Assembly: GCA_016618085.1 (NCBI GenBank)
Contig: JABLTG010000033.1
Span: forward strand, 62,001-126,000
DNA from: Neovahlkampfia damariscottae
Taxonomy: Eukaryota
DNA length: 64,000 nucleotides
Direction: 5' to 3'
Numbering within the stretch: position 1 is the stretch's first letter; each line of letters starts with the position of its first letter. Under the pieces are notes generated by a model. It was not told the DNA's origin and made no database searches. It saw nothing but the letters and a program-made list of their open reading frames with translations. Shown here piece after piece: positions 62,000-64,000 of the stretch. A program made the position numbers and the translations under genes.

Positions 62000-63472
62000 T
62001 TATAAACCTTGTTCTTGATCTAAACCCATTTCTTTATCTCTTTCTTCTTTTGATTTTGAAAGATCAAATTTTTGACCTGTTATTCTTTCATAGAGATCCA
62101 AAGCATTTTTAGCAGTTGTTTCAAAATGTGTTGAAGCATCAACTGAACTTGAAATGAATAAATTATCTTTTTTTCCATCTTCTTTAGGTTCATAAACAAT
62201 TGATACTGAATAAAATATTTTTTCAACTTTTCCTAATAAATCAAGAGCAACTTTAAGTTCATTTTCTGGTCTATCAGTTTCAACTGTTGTAGCAACAATA
62301 GCAAGATATTTTCCTTTAGCACAAACATAATGAGCATCTGAAATACAACATACATAAATATCTATTTAAACTTTAAAAAAAAGAGAACAACCAACCATTT
62401 TTTCTTTTTGTTTGTTTTTGAGGAATGATAATTTGACATGCTTTACTATTATTTGTATTTGGAATTGGGTGATCCATAATACAAACAGCTCTTACAATTT
62501 TACCTTTTGCAACTGTTTTATCATAATCTTTGAAATAAGTTGGATCTCCAACAACAAGAGGACATTTACAAACTTCACCTTTTGATTCAACTCCTGCAAC
62601 TTTTCCTTCTTCATCAAAATGAATTTTATCAATTGGTTTTGGTAACCAATATGTACCTCCATAAACAGCACATAATCTTGAAAATACTTGTGGAAGTTCA
62701 CCTAAACCATATAATGGATAAACATATGGTGATTTTCCATACATTGCAAGTGATTCATAATAAAGTTTCATTCTTAAAACTGCTTCAAGAGCTGGTTTTT
62801 GAAGATAATCATCATCAAAATAACAAGCAACAGCATGACCAAGAAAATCAATTGTTTCTTCACCAATTCCGTATTGATAATAAAAATCTTTCATTTTCAT
62901 TCTTTTTAAATCATATCCTCCATGTGTTTTTGGATCATTTTCTTTATAAGCCATAACATATGATAAAAGTTTTCTACAACGATTCTTTTCAAAGAATCCC
63001 ATTAATGGTGATGATGCAACTTCTTTTAAATCTGCAGGAACTATTTAGTTTTTTTTTAATTAATTTTCTTTTTTTTTTTTGGACGAACCTTTGTAAACTT
63101 TACCTTTTTGGTAAACATAAGAACCTTCCACTAACATATATTCTACTCTTGTAATTCCAGCAGCTCTTAAAATTTTGACAAGTAAACCTTTGAAAATTAA
63201 TTTTTTTTTTTTTTCTTACCGTTTGCCATGATGAATTTTGGAATTAAATCAACATTCCAATCACGTGATCTACCAAATTCTTTTGGTGGTACTGCGTCTT
63301 GACCTTCAAAATGTTTGTAAAGTTGATCTAAACTCAATGAAGCGGATTCTCCACCGTAGTATTCATTTCTGTCGAGATGAAGAACTTTTTTTTTATCTAA
63401 TGATAATAAACCAGAGACAATACATTCAGTTAAACCAGTACCGAGTACAACAGCGTCGTATTTTTCATCCAT
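62000..63472 (-). CDS. GDI: Rab GDP dissociation inhibitor
   Basis: [55 protein letters not shown]; three introns. Confidence 0.96.
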
Positions 63473-63759
63473 TTTCTCACAGTGGTTTGTTAAAGTCAAT
63501 GAGGTGGACCAATAAGAATAAAAACTTGAAGTATTCAACCAATGAAATAGTGTCGGCAAAAAAACAGTATTTTGTGAAAAATGAAAAAAAGTTCAAAAAA
63601 ATGAAAGTCCCTGGAACTCAAAAAATTCAAATAACCTTTGGTAGCCTCATTCTTTCATGATAAAATAAAATTTGAAAACAAAATCTATTCAAAATTTTTA
63701 ATTGAATTCACCACGAATCCATGTATCTTTTTGTTTTTTTTTTCATTCAACTCTTGGTT

Positions 63760-64000
63760 TCATTCATCTAAGAAATCACTTGTTTTTGATTTTTCATTTT
63801 TCAAATACATCTCTTTATAGTCAATAGTATTACTTGTAGCAGGTGTTGGTTTTGAAAATCTTGAAACTGTTTCTTCTGAAACTTGAATTTCTTCTTGTTG
63901 TTTAGTTTTTTTATTTTCAGGTGATTTTGATTTTCTTTTTGGAGATTCTGATCGTTTTCTTTTCTTTTCTGAATATCTATCAATGTCTATTTTGTTTTCT
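63760..64000 (-). CDS. 3' end of a Lys/Arg/Ser-rich protein running off the window
   Basis: Open frame ...KRKRSESPKRKSKSPE...DFLDE*. Confidence 0.5.
   Translation of the reverse strand, partial: ENKIDIDRYSEKKRKRSESPKRKSKSPENKKTKQQEEIQVSEETVSRFSKPTPATSNTIDYKEMYLKNEKSKTSDFLDE

Overview
AT-rich, gene-dense nuclear DNA from a microbial eukaryote using the standard genetic code. It holds about 45 protein genes, mostly split by very short (about 28-40 nt) spliceosomal introns, one tRNA-Arg(CCT), and short intergenic gaps that often carry CCAAT boxes. DUF4116-like and RGS genes plus a C-terminal CX3C in Erv1 suggest a discoban/heterolobosean-like protist (inference). Housekeeping genes include PEPCK, Ras, a Rab, UGGT, dymeclin, SF3A2, PUS1, POP7, APC6, Erv1, an ERMP1-type peptidase, CSC1/OSCA, FOXRED2 and Rab-GDI. 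The main finding is at 4251-5431, where an apparent ~37-bp minisatellite parses as 18 consecutive AG|NNN|GT units. These are one-codon (3-nt) micro-exons (E,F,D,D,-,Y,G,Y,G,F,L,Y,G,D,F,F,R,Y) separated by normal-sized introns, inside the loop before an ankyrin repeat. This is a candidate splicing-based protein diversification system. Related observations: a 6-nt micro-exon in a Rab gene, an LRR gene with almost one repeat per symmetric exon, a shared C-terminal D-hydrophobic-x-F-x-F motif on six repeat proteins, and an apparent AT-AA intron. All gene models were read by eye and need RNA confirmation.
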